Made by a program: the position numbers and the translations under genes | NCBI RefSeq assembly: GCF_021869535.1 | Contig: NW_026262745.1 | Location: 77,500,001 to 77,564,000 of the forward strand | Direction of reading: 5' to 3' | From: Mytilus californianus | Taxonomy: Eukaryota | DNA: 64,000 bases | Part shown: in pieces, positions 37,143 through 49,740 of the stretch | Position numbering within the stretch: the first letter of the stretch is position 1 | How the letters are laid out: every line of letters begins with the position of its first letter | Notes under the pieces: generated by a model | The model's input: the letters and a program-made list of their open reading frames with translations, nothing else | Told to the model about the DNA's origin: nothing | Database searches by the model: none

Positions 37143-37775
37143 GTCTCGCCTTTACGGAGTCAAAAAGTGAGACATAGGTATGCTGTTTCCTGCGTCGTCG
37201 TCGGCGGCGGCGTCAACTATGTATAAATTTGTGATTAGGTCAGTTTATGAGGAACCACTAGTGGTAGGCAAATGATATTTGGTATGCAGTTGTATGAGAA
37301 TTGGCACATCTCATTTCCCCCCTCAGTCATGGTCTATTGACTTTGAAACTTTTGCTCAGTTAACATGCATTAGTTTGTTTATGGGGAACCACTAGTGTTA
37401 TGTCAACGATATTTGGTATACAGTTGTACTAACATTAGCACATCTCATTTCCATGGAACTTATGTTGCCCCTTCCCCTCAATCATAGTCTATTGACTTTG
37501 AATTTGAAACGTTTGTTTAGTTTACACGTATCAGTTTGTGATTAGACCAGTTAATGGGGAACCACTAGTGGTAGGTTAAATATATTTGGTATGCAGTTGT
37601 ATAAGCAGTGGCACTTCATTTCCATGGATATTGTTTTGCCCTTTATTTTCAGTCATGGTTCATTGACTTTGAATATTTTGCATAATAAACATGTTAAAGT
37701 ATTGCTATTTTAATTTTAACATTTGCATTTTACTATCAAAATAGCAAAAAGGCGAGACATATCTCTGTGTTAACA
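37143..37775 (+). mobile_element. Helentron-type (HINE-like) element with about three tandem repeats, nested in another HINE-like element (about 36905-38485)
   Basis: GTCTCGCCT ... AGGCGAGAC sub-terminal inverted repeats, (CGT/CGG)n tract, units starting GGAACCACTAGTG at about 37251, 37385 and 37558. Confidence 0.7.
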
Positions 37776-38699
37776 GTTTATAGTGACAAATGGACTTACT
37801 ACTAGGGGGTGTTTAACGACCTTGACTACCAATGAGGGTCTCGCTCGGTCAGCTAAATGGACTTCGTTTTTGTTTACAGTTAATATTTAGATGCAGTACA
37901 AGGTTAAAGTTTTTTTTTCAGACATCAATAACTTTGTCGAACATTCATGAAATTTTACCTAAGTTGGACACAACTTTTTTATGATCAAAAGTCGGTATCC
38001 AGAGCATAATGAAATTTTTTTTTTTATTTTCCGTATTTTACTGATAAAAGCACTTTGTTGTTTTGTAATTAACAAGTAGATGCATTTTGAGGTTAAAGTT
38101 TGTTACACATCAATTACTTTGTCAAACCTTCATGGAATTATATGAACATTTGGCAGAAGCTTTTTAATGATTTTAAAAGAGATAATTTTGAAAAAAGATG
38201 TTTTTTTATTTTTCAGTATTTTACTGACTTTTTTTTTTACAATTAACAGACGGTCTGCGATTATTTATTCATTTTTTTACATGATAAATTTGAAAACCTT
38301 CTTAGATTGTTATGAACCTTAGGAATAAGCTTATCTTCAAGATTAAGAAAAATCATCTAAAGAAAAAGTTTTTTTTTTCTTAAATCCTGTATTTGTCTGA
38401 TGAATAGATAACTTTTCATAGTCAACAGTACACTTTTACATAGACAGAAGCAATCCCAGGCGAGACCCAGGGTTCCACGGAACTCTTTAAGAATTTTATA
38501 TTTCACCTGAAAATCTATTAAAATTATTTATTTCATGTGTCTATTAACGGAATTTGCGCATAAAAATGGGTGAAAATTTAAATGAAGTCAAAATAATTAA
38601 TAGAACGACAACATTGAAATGGAGAATTGCTTTTTTATTTTCTCTAAACTTTTGGATTTTTGTAGATTGATTGTTATACCCCGCATCTCCTTTTAATAG

Positions 38700-39262
38700 A
38701 ATTGAGAATGGAAATGAGGAATGTGTCAATGAGACAACAACCCGACCATAGAGTAAAAAAAAACAGCCGAAGGCCAACAATGGGTCTTTAACACAGCGAG
38801 AAAATCCCGCACCCGGAGGCGGGCTTCAGCTGGCCCCTAAACAAAAATGTGTACTAGTTCAATGAAAATGGACGTCACACTAAACTCCAAAACATAAAAA
38901 TGAACTAACATTAAAAAACATACAAGACTAACAAAGGCCAGAGGCTCCTGACTTGGGACAGGCGCAAAAATGCGGCGGGGTTAAACATGTTTTGTGAGAT
39001 CTCAACCCGCCCTCTATACCTCTAGCCAATGTAGAATAAACAAACACACAGCAATACGCACAGTAAAACTCAGTTTAAAAGAAGTCCGAGTCCGATGTCA
39101 GAACAGGTAACAAAAGAAACTAAGCAAAATGACAATGATATATAAATTAACAAAGGACTACTAGCAGTTACTGACATGCCAGCTCCAGACCTCAATTAAA
39201 CTGATTGAAAGATTATGAAAATCAAGCACAATCCCTCCCGTTAGTGGTTTAGTATCATAAAC
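38700..39262 (-). repeat. High-copy interspersed repeat
   Basis: Its 39165-39260 end is the reverse complement of 24715-24822 (ATGATACTAAA..GGAGCTGGCATGTCAGTAACTGCTAGTA); its middle matches 28530-28680. Confidence 0.75.
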
Positions 39263-39562
39263 ATATTTTGCAGTAACTGGTTTGGACATTTTTCTCTAAG
39301 ACAAAAGTGATCATTGGATTCAAAATCAACACAATGAATAAATTAAACTTAAAAAAATAAATAAACTACTCTAAATATGTAGCTATTGATGAGTTTTTAA
39401 TGACAGAAATGGTATCTCTTTCTCGATAACGCAAGTAGCTGGGGCTTCGCCACATCAACCCCCTACCAGGAGGTCCTCTGCCCTGGACCCGCTTTGGGCC
39501 CTCATACGCCTCGCCGAGTATCGGGCGTACACTTACAAATGGTCTAGCTACGCCACTGAATA

Positions 39563-41110
39563 AACTAACGCCTAGGCATTAAGTTATTGCCTGAAAATTT
39601 CAGGCTTTAAGCTTATTTCCTGAAATCTGATGATGATTATTCAACTTATTGCCAAACATAATTTCAGGCAATAAGTGAATTTTGGGATTTTTGTTTTATC
39701 TTACAAGTACATGTACATACAGTGAAATATTCATGATGTAAATTATATTCAAAATACTAATATACATTAATTTAACAGGCTTTCAAAGTTTAGTATTTTT
39801 CCATATTCATTACATAATTAATTTGTATTTATTTGTGGTATTACAAAAATATTATGTTCCAAACAAGTGATTGTATCTAATGAAAGGAGAGGTGATTGAA
39901 AATTCTGTCTGAAAATTATTTAAAGAAAATTCACACTTCACTGGTCGGGATGGTTTTGGTCTGGTCAAAAGTAGACATATGTAGATATGAAGTTTTCCTC
40001 ACATCATCTTTCCGTTGGATTTATTGGATATGTAAACAATAACTGTTAAACATTTTGTTAAATATCCCCTTGCCTTCTGGTCTTCTTTACTTCTTAACCT
40101 GGAGTATTGTCATTTAAGTGACATGCTAATAAAGAAAAAAGTGTTGAATCTTTGCGGTCTAAATTTGAATTAGGGAAAATAAGGAACATATACCCAAGAC
40201 AGTACAATGTTCTTTTACACATTTAACTTTTAGAATCCCCAGAAAAGACGGTAATTATAGACTACTACAATTAAAAAAGGTATAACATTTTTACCATTGG
40301 AGGTTTAAAAAAGTTGATAAGCAAAGTAAAGGAGAATGATGAGGAAAATATAAAAAAAGATATGTTTTTCTAGAGGAACTGTATGGTACTTTGGAAAAAG
40401 CACATACACAGGTCATGGCGACAGATACCGTATGATTTAAACATCTTAATAATGACTATGCAAATACTTCTCGTGATTCCATCGAACTATTTCTTTCACT
40501 TTGTGAAAATTGTAACATGAAGAAAAAGTATTTGGGATAGGGATTAGTAGTGAAACCCTTTTTATCCAAAGAGTTCAACAGTGAAGGACAGGTTGATTTA
40601 ATGGATTTCCGAATCAAACCCAGATGGAAACTATAAATTTCTTATGGTGTATTAAAATCACCTAACAAAAGTTTGTAACATTGGTTTCTTATGTCAAAAT
40701 GTACTTCAGAGATGACTTTTGATTTAATTGATGTAAACACAATTTTTGGTGCGCCCCATAAACTGCAAAGTGACAATGGTCTTGAATTGGTTATATCCGA
40801 GTTAAACTAAGGTGTCAGGAACTAGGGACTTTATTTCAGGTAGTTGAAATTTCAAACTTCAGTTTTTATCATGTTATTATGTACCAAATGTATTTTAACT
40901 TTGTACACAGATCAGTTAATTTTTATTTACTCGCATTTACATTTTAGGCATTAAGTTTAATGCCTGGACACATTTTGAAGGATTTAAGCTTAAATCCTAG
41001 GATTTAAGAATAATGCCTAACATCATTTAGACAATAGACTTACTGCCTACGCGTTAGCTTATTGCCTAGGATTTAAGCTTAATGCATAGTTTCACTTGTT
41101 GCCGCTTACA
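39563..41110 (+). mobile_element. Ginger-type DNA transposon relic with KRBA2/SCAND3-like integrase (rve) pseudo-ORF
   Basis: About 40370-40800 translates with shifts and stops as EELYGTLEKAH..GH..LFLSLCENC..KK..GLVVKPFLSKEFNSEGQVDLMDF..PDGNYKFLMVY..HLTK..IFGAPHKLQSDNG (H-x-H/C-x2-C zinc motif and the first two catalytic Asp). Palindromic AGGCA(W)TAAGYTTAWTGCCT subterminal repeats at both ends; right terminus ..GCCGCTTACA. Confidence 0.85.
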
Positions 41111-41886
41111 TATATATATATATATAATCAGAGAGTATTTTGTACAATCGTATGCAAGATATTCTAACTACAGATTTTGTTGATTATTGAATGTTCCAAA
41201 GAAAAGTTGTCTGATCCCTATGGAGATAATCGATACTGGATTTAAAATTCTAACATTTTCATATGTCAATGTTTGTAGTGTCGTTTGAAAAAAGACAAAC
41301 TGCCTCAGATTTCAAAATCATAAGATAATACATATAAACTTGTGTTCTTGTTTTTGATAATCCATCATACACACATTCAGATATTTAGAAAAAAAGGTAT
41401 TACTGATTTCAGGATATTTCGTATAAAGTGCTTGGAATGAGTTAGTGTTCCATTATATAAATATACGATGTGATATGATTGCCCATCAGAAAAATATCCA
41501 AAACAGGCCAACAGACTAGAGTGTAAACAACTATAATAATCATTGCCTTCACTAATGAGCAAAACTCATAACGTACAGTAGATTATGAATGGTTCCAACG
41601 TGATAAAGTTTTTAAAAAAAATGTATTCGACAAAACAAACGACAAGATCAATGCTAAAATAAATAAACATAAACAAATATGACAGACAGCAACATACGAC
41701 GAACACTGAATAACGTTATATTTTTTTTTTTTTTTTAATTTTATTGTCTGAAATATACATAATATGACTATCAATAAAAAGTGATGTTTGGTATCCGTCG
41801 ATGGAATAGCAACCCAATGACAAAACAACCTCTGATTCCTTGCCCGGCTTTGGCTATACTTTTTGTCCTTTCTGTTTTATATCTCT

Positions 41887-42260
41887 AGAAATAAGAAAAT
41901 GTGGTATGAGTGCCAATGAGACAATTCTCCATCCAAGTCACAATGTGTAAAAAGTAAACAATTATAGGTCAAAGTACGAACCTCAACACGGAGATATAAA
42001 GAGCCCCAAAAATGTCTAGTGTAAAACAATTCAAACAGGAAAACCAACGGTCTAATCTATATAAAAAACGGGAAACGAGAAACACTTAAGAACCACATCA
42101 ACAAACGACAACCACTGAAACAGGTTCCTGACTTAGGACAGGTGCAAACAAACGCAGTGGGTTTAAACGTTTTAACAGGCACCAACCTTCACCCTAACCT
42201 GAAATAGTAGTGTAACATTACAACACAGAAAGATACACTATAAAATATTAATTGAAATGG
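41887..42260 (+). repeat. High-copy interspersed repeat inserted in the duplicate
   Basis: Matches 17873 and 19125 copies; absent from the corresponding intron of gene C. Confidence 0.85.
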
Positions 42261-42799
42261 CTTAACTCAATCAAAAAGACAAATTAACAAAATCAAGTAA
42301 ACATACACTGAACGAATAAATTTGATCTATGAGACAATGTCAAAACGACAACTATATAACCTTGGACAAAATGGCGTTAAATAAAATAACGTACACAAGT
42401 AAATTTAAATATAATAATTTTGTTGTTAAGAGAACCGAGATATTTTTTACGAAATAAACAAATTTGTTTTTTATAGTACGAGAACAGCAGTGAAAATTTA
42501 TCATCATACTAAATACTCATCAAATGTGGTACATATTAAAAATAGTGAGACGAGTTATAACTCAAAACAAGTAAACATTGAATTACAAAATGCATTACAA
42601 AATGTGTAACAGGTCAAATTAACACGAACGTATGATTTGAGAGTACTCGCAGTTACTGAAAGCTAGTTAAAAGCCAAAAACAATTAATTATAATAATTCA
42701 TGCATCAGAGACTAACATCAACTAAAACACATCCCAGGGATTTAGTGTTTTAACGCCATGGACATTCAAAGAAGACATGACTTGTGCAATGCCAAAATA

Positions 42800-43630
42800 A
42801 AAGTATCGACAAGCAGTAGGATAGTTTTGATTTAACCTTATAATAGATATGTATAATGTTATATATAGATAAAGCAATCTCTATATAGAAAATGAACGTG
42901 GATGTGTATCTATACATAAAAAAAAACATTCGAAAAGAATATAAATTTAGTTATGTTTAATTTGTTGATGACAAAATCGATTTTTGTGCCAAGGTAAACA
43001 ATGTTCAAAGATCTTATTACAATTTTAATAAGATAACCTTTACTAATAAGTTTGTTTAAAGGTTCGATGAGTTTACACAGATCACATAGTGATTTCCGCT
43101 TTTAGTACAATATTACCGTAAAATTTAGGAAGTGGAATACTGTATTATACAGGAACAGCAAAATTTACTAATCAAATCTTTGTATCTATGAAAGAATTTA
43201 GTAAAAGTTTTAGGTAATTTATGGTAATTTTAAGTAATTCATGGTAACGAAATCCCTGACTTAATAATTTACCAGTGATGCATTGATTACGTTTGTTAAA
43301 TTCTATGACATCACTACACACACGGGCATAACGAACGAGTTGGGATATATAAACATCGTATGATGGAGCCAAAGGAACATCGCCGTCTAAAAAAGGAAAA
43401 TTAACAATAGGGAATGAAATTCGTCTCTTTTATCATAAATTTTAGTATGGAGTTCCCCTAGAAATTAAAATATCTAAATCTAGAAAAGGACAACTATTGC
43501 TGTTTATGTTAGATTTATTTAAAATAAGTTCCTTTAGGTAAATTTCGGTAGTATATTTAAAGAACTCTGGATTATTTAACGAAAAAATATCATCAAGATA
43601 ACGGTAGGTATTGTTGAATGTGCATTTTTT
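42800..43630 (-). mobile_element. PLE RT fragment retaining the catalytic YLDD motif
   Basis: Minus strand FNNTYRYLDDIFSLNNPEF (YLDD at 43589-43600)..CPFLDLDI..KRDEFSFPIVNFPFLDGDVPLAPSYDVYISQLVRYARVC..KLLSQGFRYH. Confidence 0.9.
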
Positions 43631-43664
43631 ATACGCTTTGGATTTTCAAATGTGTTGGCCTCGA

Positions 43665-43708
43665 CCATCAATGAAGAGACATTTGTTGTCGAAATGCGCA
43701 TCTGGTGC
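43665..43708 (+). ncRNA. Degenerate minimal hammerhead ribozyme (CUGAAGA-type family)
   Basis: CCATCA-aTGAAGA-GACA tttgt TGTC-GAAA-T-gcgc-A-TC^TGGTGC; stems II and III intact, C3 mutated to A. Confidence 0.65.
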
Positions 43709-43859
43709 AGAAAAATTGGTACCGTTAATGTTACTATTAATATTACTATACATAGCTCGCTAAGAAATCTGATTTTTCCTCACACCTTCCCAAAAAAGAT
43801 TGCATGCAACTAAACTAGTACAGTTATTTTTTTTAAATGCATGTTTCTTTCTTTCTAAG

Positions 43860-44032
43860 GAGGATGTAACCAACCACTTCAATTGAAAGATAGAATGGAA
43901 TGTATGTTTGAATCTAAAGATGGCAGAACATCCATCCGTTATACGTAACTAACTAAACAGAATGTTGATACATTTGATTATTGTCCCAAAATAACTAAGA
44001 CTTCTGGAGTGTGTTCGATGCGTCTTTATCAG
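43860..44032 (+). pseudogene. Pseudo-exon: duplicate of the gene C sushi-like exon
   Basis: Same splice sites; TTA>TAA nonsense after RYT; 173 nt versus 183 nt, so frameshifted. Confidence 0.9.
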
Positions 44033-45439
44033 GTATGTAAAATATGAACAAGAGGAAAAAACGGCCCAATGAACGTTATAATGAAATTTCTAGGTTATTG
44101 TCTAGCTTGTTTATTAAATCCAAGTTTGGTATAACGATACAAGCTATAATTGCCAATTTAACTAGTGAGTGCTGTAAAGTGAGTTAATGTTGGTAGAGTT
44201 TACCTTTCGTGATTTCAAAGGCCAACCCTGTCCGAGATGTTTCAATTTAGCGTTGTTCTTGTCCCTTGTTTTTTTTCAACCGTAAATATCAGGTGACGGA
44301 ATATTTTCACAACTTTAGACTTATCCAAAATTAGTAAAAATATTCCAGTTTCATGAGCTTTACAGATGCTTTCTTATATAACTTGCCACTACTACAAGAA
44401 TACTCAAATTCAATAAAGTGAAGCACTCTATAAAGTGGAATAAAAAAGACAAGATATATTATGGATCAATGAATGACACAATCAGCTACATAAACTTGAC
44501 AAAAACAACAGCAAATGATAAGTGCTTTTATTATTGTTCTTTATCTCATGGGCAAGGGCGGTGTTAAAAAATAGAACAAACACTTATATCACATTGCATC
44601 AATCGGAATTATTAAATTAGATATAGATGTTGATAATGTTATATTTACGCTTTGGTGCAGACACATTCGGAATTATGTGAAAATAACAAGCAAAAAAAAT
44701 ATAATTTGCCAAAAAAAAAAAAACATTTTAAAAATTGGCGTAGGACATTTCGACGCCACATTGCAAACTATTAGGGAAGTGGATATTTCAGCGCCGACAC
44801 TATAACCCATCATAACACCAGATAAAACTATTTCCTATGTTTTGACATACATTTTAGCGGCTGGTTGAACAATACTTATGATAGTTTGGTTAGGATAGAA
44901 ATGAATGTGGTGAAAACAAGTTGACTAAAGACAAGTGTAATATGTAACGGATACAGTTGTTAGATCGACAAATTATTAAACGGCAAAGACATCCGACAGA
45001 TTAAGCAGAAGGCACGACATTATAAGTATTTAAGAAGGATATACCAAGAGCCCATTTTGTATGATCACGTGTGTCATGGTTTCAATGTGTTCATATAGAA
45101 ATTTATCTCCTTTAAATCATCGGGGAAGAGAAAAGGAGCCAACATGTGATACAAATTCAACTCAATGACGCCACGCCGTACAATACCTTCCATTTTAGGG
45201 GGAATGAAGGAGAGAAAAAGAGAGGCGAAGGATACAAAAGGAACATTCAATCTCACAAGTCGAAAATAAACTGACAACGCCATGGCAAAAAATATCAAAA
45301 AAGACAAACAGACCAACAACAGTAAACAAAACTCAACATAGAAAACCTAAAACTGAGCAGCAACACGAACCACACCAAAAACTGGGGGTGATCGTAGGTG
45401 CTCCAGCCGGGTAAGAAGATTTTGCTCCACATGTTACAC

Positions 45440-46030
45440 CTGTCGTGTTTCTCATGTTAATACAAACCCGGTTATAAGTCTATTTCGGTAGGTCACATTC
45501 GGGGAAAAGGAGACGAGATTGTAGTTACAATAATTGGAACATATCCGTTGTCATCCGTGAAACGGATATTCCATAACGGTCAACCAACTGGTGAGGGCGT
45601 CTGTAAAATTTACGAAGGAACGATATCAATTTCACCACTAAGAAATCTAGGTTTTATAACTTCGTTGTAGGCAGCAACTCTCTATCAAGGAAATCATGAT
45701 AAGATATACAAGCCCTGGAATATCGTATCAACTGGGAAATGTATACTCCGAATGCAGGAGCTGCTGGAATGTTGCTACATAGAAATGGAAATTTCACAAT
45801 TGGGAAGCTGACATCATCTCTTTTGTAGTAATATTTCGTTGTCAACTGACCGTCCTTGTCAATTTCTATATGTAAATCAAGATATGAGGCAGACTTAACT
45901 GTATTTGTTTTTCCAAATTTTGAATTATTAAGTCAAGAAAACACCATCTATATAGCGGAAAGTGAAGTTAAAGGATACTGATAACTTCTTCATTTCTTCC
46001 AAATAAGAAGTTCCTGTATGAAGTCAGCCT
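45440..46030 (-). mobile_element. PLE RT fragment
   Basis: ADFIQELL..FRYIDG (mutated YIDD)..SASYLDL..KRDDVSFPIVKFPFLCSNIPAAPAFGVYISQLIRYSRACISYHDFLDRELL. Confidence 0.9.
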
Positions 46031-46360
46031 ATGTTATGTTTTTACTCATGCCCCATATTTTCACCATTTGTAAGCCTTTAAGATAATAAAGCACAATCTA
46101 AGGAAGATTTATTGGGTAAACGTTTGTGAAAAATCGACAACAGCAACAACAACAACTCCAACAAAATACAAAAAACTGCTTTGAAAATGCTCTATAAAGA
46201 GCGCTAATCGCTCGGGTCTAAAATTCAATATTTTACAAAAACACCAACACCAAATTATTAATACATTAACAATGAAATAAGACAGTGGTATAAAATCGCT
46301 GAATCAACACAATAAATGTTTATTTCTCTTTACACTTTGAATAATTTATTATTTTCACAG

Positions 46361-46668
46361 CAAATGAATGTTATACAATCGGTTTCCGGGTGCAGTATAT
46401 AAAGGAAAGATTACATGTACAGCAACTGATCGTGCTTGTCAAAGATTGGATCGTGATTATCCACATAAAAGAAAAAAAGAACGTATACCATCACATTATG
46501 ATGATCTCCATAGTAACTACTGCCAGTATCCTGGACCTCTCTACGATGGATCCCCATAGTAACATAGTATACTGTCGTGATGATGGACTACCGTACGACG
46601 GTGCACCAAGGTGTTATACAATAGATCCTAAAGTCAGATGGGAATGTTGTCACGTACCACTTTGTTAA
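46361..46668 (+). pseudogene. Pseudo-exon: duplicate of the gene C kringle exon
   Basis: Same acceptor; 1-nt deletion near 46388; internal tandem duplication of about 50 nt whose junction creates TAG (46557-59); ends RWECCHVPLC*. Confidence 0.92.
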
Positions 46669-48569
46669 AAATAGCTATTATGTAAGAACTAATACAGCAC
46701 ACCCTTCTATTCCGAAATATGGAATTCCGACCAAAAATGCTTGATCTCCCGGATCTGTTTGTATCGTTATGTTTCATTATTTTTGCTACAGAAGTATGAT
46801 TTTTCTTTTTTCATGGAGTTCAAAAAGTAAAATAACAAAAAACTCCGAGGAAAATTCTAACCGGAAAGTCCCTAAGCAAATGGCAAAATCAAAAGCTCAA
46901 ATACATCAAACGAATGGATAACAACTGTCATATTCCTGACTTGATACAGGCAATTTCTTATGTAGAAAATGGTGGATTAAACCTGGTTTTATAGCTAGCT
47001 TAACCTCTCCCTTGTATGACAGTCGAATAAAATTCTATTATAGTCATTAAATGTTATCTTTTAGAGTAAATGAGAAAAACAACATTGTAAAACTAAAGTT
47101 CAATATAAATGTGTTTCATTGTTCATGTTGTTTGCTGTCTTTGTATATAAATTTTGAAAAATGATAAAACTTGACGTACAAGAACATTTCAAATCTGTTT
47201 GTTGCTATATTTGTGGTATATGTATTTGAATAAATTGTAATCATAAAAAAAATATAGAATGATTAAAACATAGGCCATTAAAGAGGCCTCATTTTCAAAG
47301 ATTTATCAAATCTTTGCTATTTTCCGTTCATCATATTCAGAGACACCCCCTCCCCCGTAAGTGAGAAAATACCAAAGATGGTCGTTTTTCTTTATAATTC
47401 ACTACTCCATCAACTTACTGATGATAACATGCCGGGCACAAATGTTACTATGCCGCGCCTGTGTGGATTCTAATTTCTATTTACAAACAATATTATATAC
47501 AAAATAAAGTAATAAAACATTTCAACATTATTTCCTTTTTCTTGTTTTTGTACTATACATTTTGGTAAAAACTATATACAACGTATGTTTTATTTAGATG
47601 TTAAGATGTTTGCTTAGAACAGATATTGGAATCTGTTCTTGGAAACAGTAAATAGTAGTGCATGTTATCTGCAGATACAGGTAGAAAGTTCCATTGTAAT
47701 ATTGTTCTTGGTTAAAATGATATTTGTATGGATCTGTAGTGGTCTGTATAGGTCTGTAAGAATAATTGTACGAATGTTGTCTTGTTCTTATGTCGGATTG
47801 GATAATCAGATCTGTGTGGTATATAGCTACAAGATTGTCTATCATTTTGTAGAAACCTTAAAAGGGTTAATTGAAGTAGTGTGAAAATTATCTGTTCAGA
47901 AATTATCTGCATGAAATAAATCATTTTTCTTCTATTCTTACTATAATTTGAAAAAAGAAAAACACCGTCCTTTTCATATGTTATCCGACGTACACAGTAG
48001 ACCCATTCATAGCGAAAAGACAATCAATGTTTTAATATTGCAATTGCCTGGTCAAAAATAGTGTTTAAAGCTGGGTAAATATTCAGAATAACTCAAAATG
48101 ATCTTCTACTGGTAAAAGTACAGCGAAGTATACGAAACATAATGAAGAATTGTTGAATTATATTATAATTTTTGTACATTTACGTCTTGATATTCTTTCG
48201 TTAAATTGCAGTCTACTTATGGTGGTTTATGTAATAGGTTGTTTTTGTCATTGCGTTGTCAGTTTCCTTCCAACTTTTAAATATAAAGTTTCCCTTTGTA
48301 ACTTTCGCCTCTTTTATAAATAAATCAAATTGATAAGATTTTATTTTAAATATTTTCATAATTTAAATCTTCTCAGTAAAAATGAGGAGACGTTGTATGA
48401 TTTTGAATGAGACAGCTATCCAGCCGAGACCAAAGAACGAGGATTTTAACTTCTTATTTTATTATGGTTTATTTGAGCCCATAAATAAAAAGAGTTTAAT
48501 TAGGAAGCAAAATTTCCGCTTTTTAAAGTAAAATACACAACGAAAGCCATTAGTTTGTAAAAAATGTAA

Positions 48570-48990
48570 CTCATCGTCCGGATAATAAACTTTATACGAA
48601 CTAATAGTTTCCGATTGTGACTCGTACCGACAACTGAACTGTTGCTAAAGTGGTGCGTCTGTTTGACTGTATGAAGTATAAATACACAGGCACGTCCGAT
48701 CGAAATGGTGATATTTAATCCAATGCCCCATGAAGAGAGATCGCCATGCTCTCTGCACGTTGAAGAACCCATTCAACAACTCTATGAGCGATCCATAGGT
48801 GGCATGTTGCTAGGCTATTTTCTGTTCCTATCCAACATACCCTAATTTTCCTTTGGTGGTCCCGACCGTCAATCCGGTCGATCCCTATATTGCAGAGACT
48901 ACCTTTATAATATTAATTTCTTCTCTTCTTGAGGATGAATGCAATATTTGCCAATGGACGTGAAGCAAACAAAACAACACTCTATCAATT
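48570..48990 (+). mobile_element. Paralogous copy of the SINE-like element at 33560
   Basis: Colinear sequence and shared flanks; GCACGTTGAAGAACCC core. Confidence 0.6.
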
Positions 48991-49129
48991 GATGTCCTTC
49001 ACAAACAAGTTGTTAGTCTTCAAAGTCATATTTAACATATATCCCCTTAAAGAGGCTTTGAACCTAGTTTGCCACTAATCATTGATGGTGATACTGTTAA
49101 TGACGTCTTAACATTAAATCCGTTGGATG

Positions 49130-49740
49130 TTTGACTTGTACTGATTGATATTTTAGTCTTTTATACATGCTTTTTTATTAGTTGTTATTGGCTTTGAACT
49201 AGCTGTCAGTAACTGCGAGTATACTCTCAGATCTGTACTTTGTGTCTTTTTTTCTAGTTAGGGATGTAAAAATACCCTGCCTCGTCCGGTCTATTTGTTA
49301 GATGTTTTTCTGCTTTGTATTGATCTGAAGGGTTAAGCCTTTTGCAACTAATATTTATAGAATGTTCTCATGTTGTGGTGTAACACAGCTGTCCCAGGTT
49401 AGGGGCGGGTTGAGCTCTCATAAACATGTTTTACTCCGCCACATTCTGTATGTACCTGTCCCAAGTCAAGAACCTGTAGTTTAGCGTGTTGTTGTTTTAT
49501 GTCTGTCATATTTATGTTTCGCAAATTGTATAGTAATGAATTGAGCCGTTAGTTTTCTCAATTGAATTATTTTATATATTTCATGTCGGGGCCTTTTATA
49601 GCCGACTGTTCTGTATGGGTTTTTCTCATTGTTAAAGATCGTACAGTTTATAATAATTGCTTACATCCAATTCATCTAAACTTTTGTGGATATTTGTCTC
49701 ATTGGCAATCATACCACATCCCCTTATTGTTATTTTATTA
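49130..49740 (-). repeat. Long version of the high-copy repeat
   Basis: Reverse complement of 19125-19670. Confidence 0.85.

Larger units (their letters stand above)
36638..39558. mobile_element. Possible hAT-like non-autonomous element carrying nested insertions
   Basis: Left CAGGCGCGTAGCTA, right TAGCTACGCCACTG (14-bp imperfect TIR); GGGCGTACAC near both ends; GC-rich right subterminal region; no target-site duplication visible. Confidence 0.5.
41160..49100 (+). repeat. Tandem segmental duplicate of about 30850-34070, expanded by insertions
   Basis: Colinear blocks: GATTATTGAATGTTC..TCCCTATGGAGATAAT (30850/41182), sushi exon, kringle exon, 3' UTR, SINE, and flank AAAGTCATATTTAACA (34000/49021). 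Confidence 0.9.
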
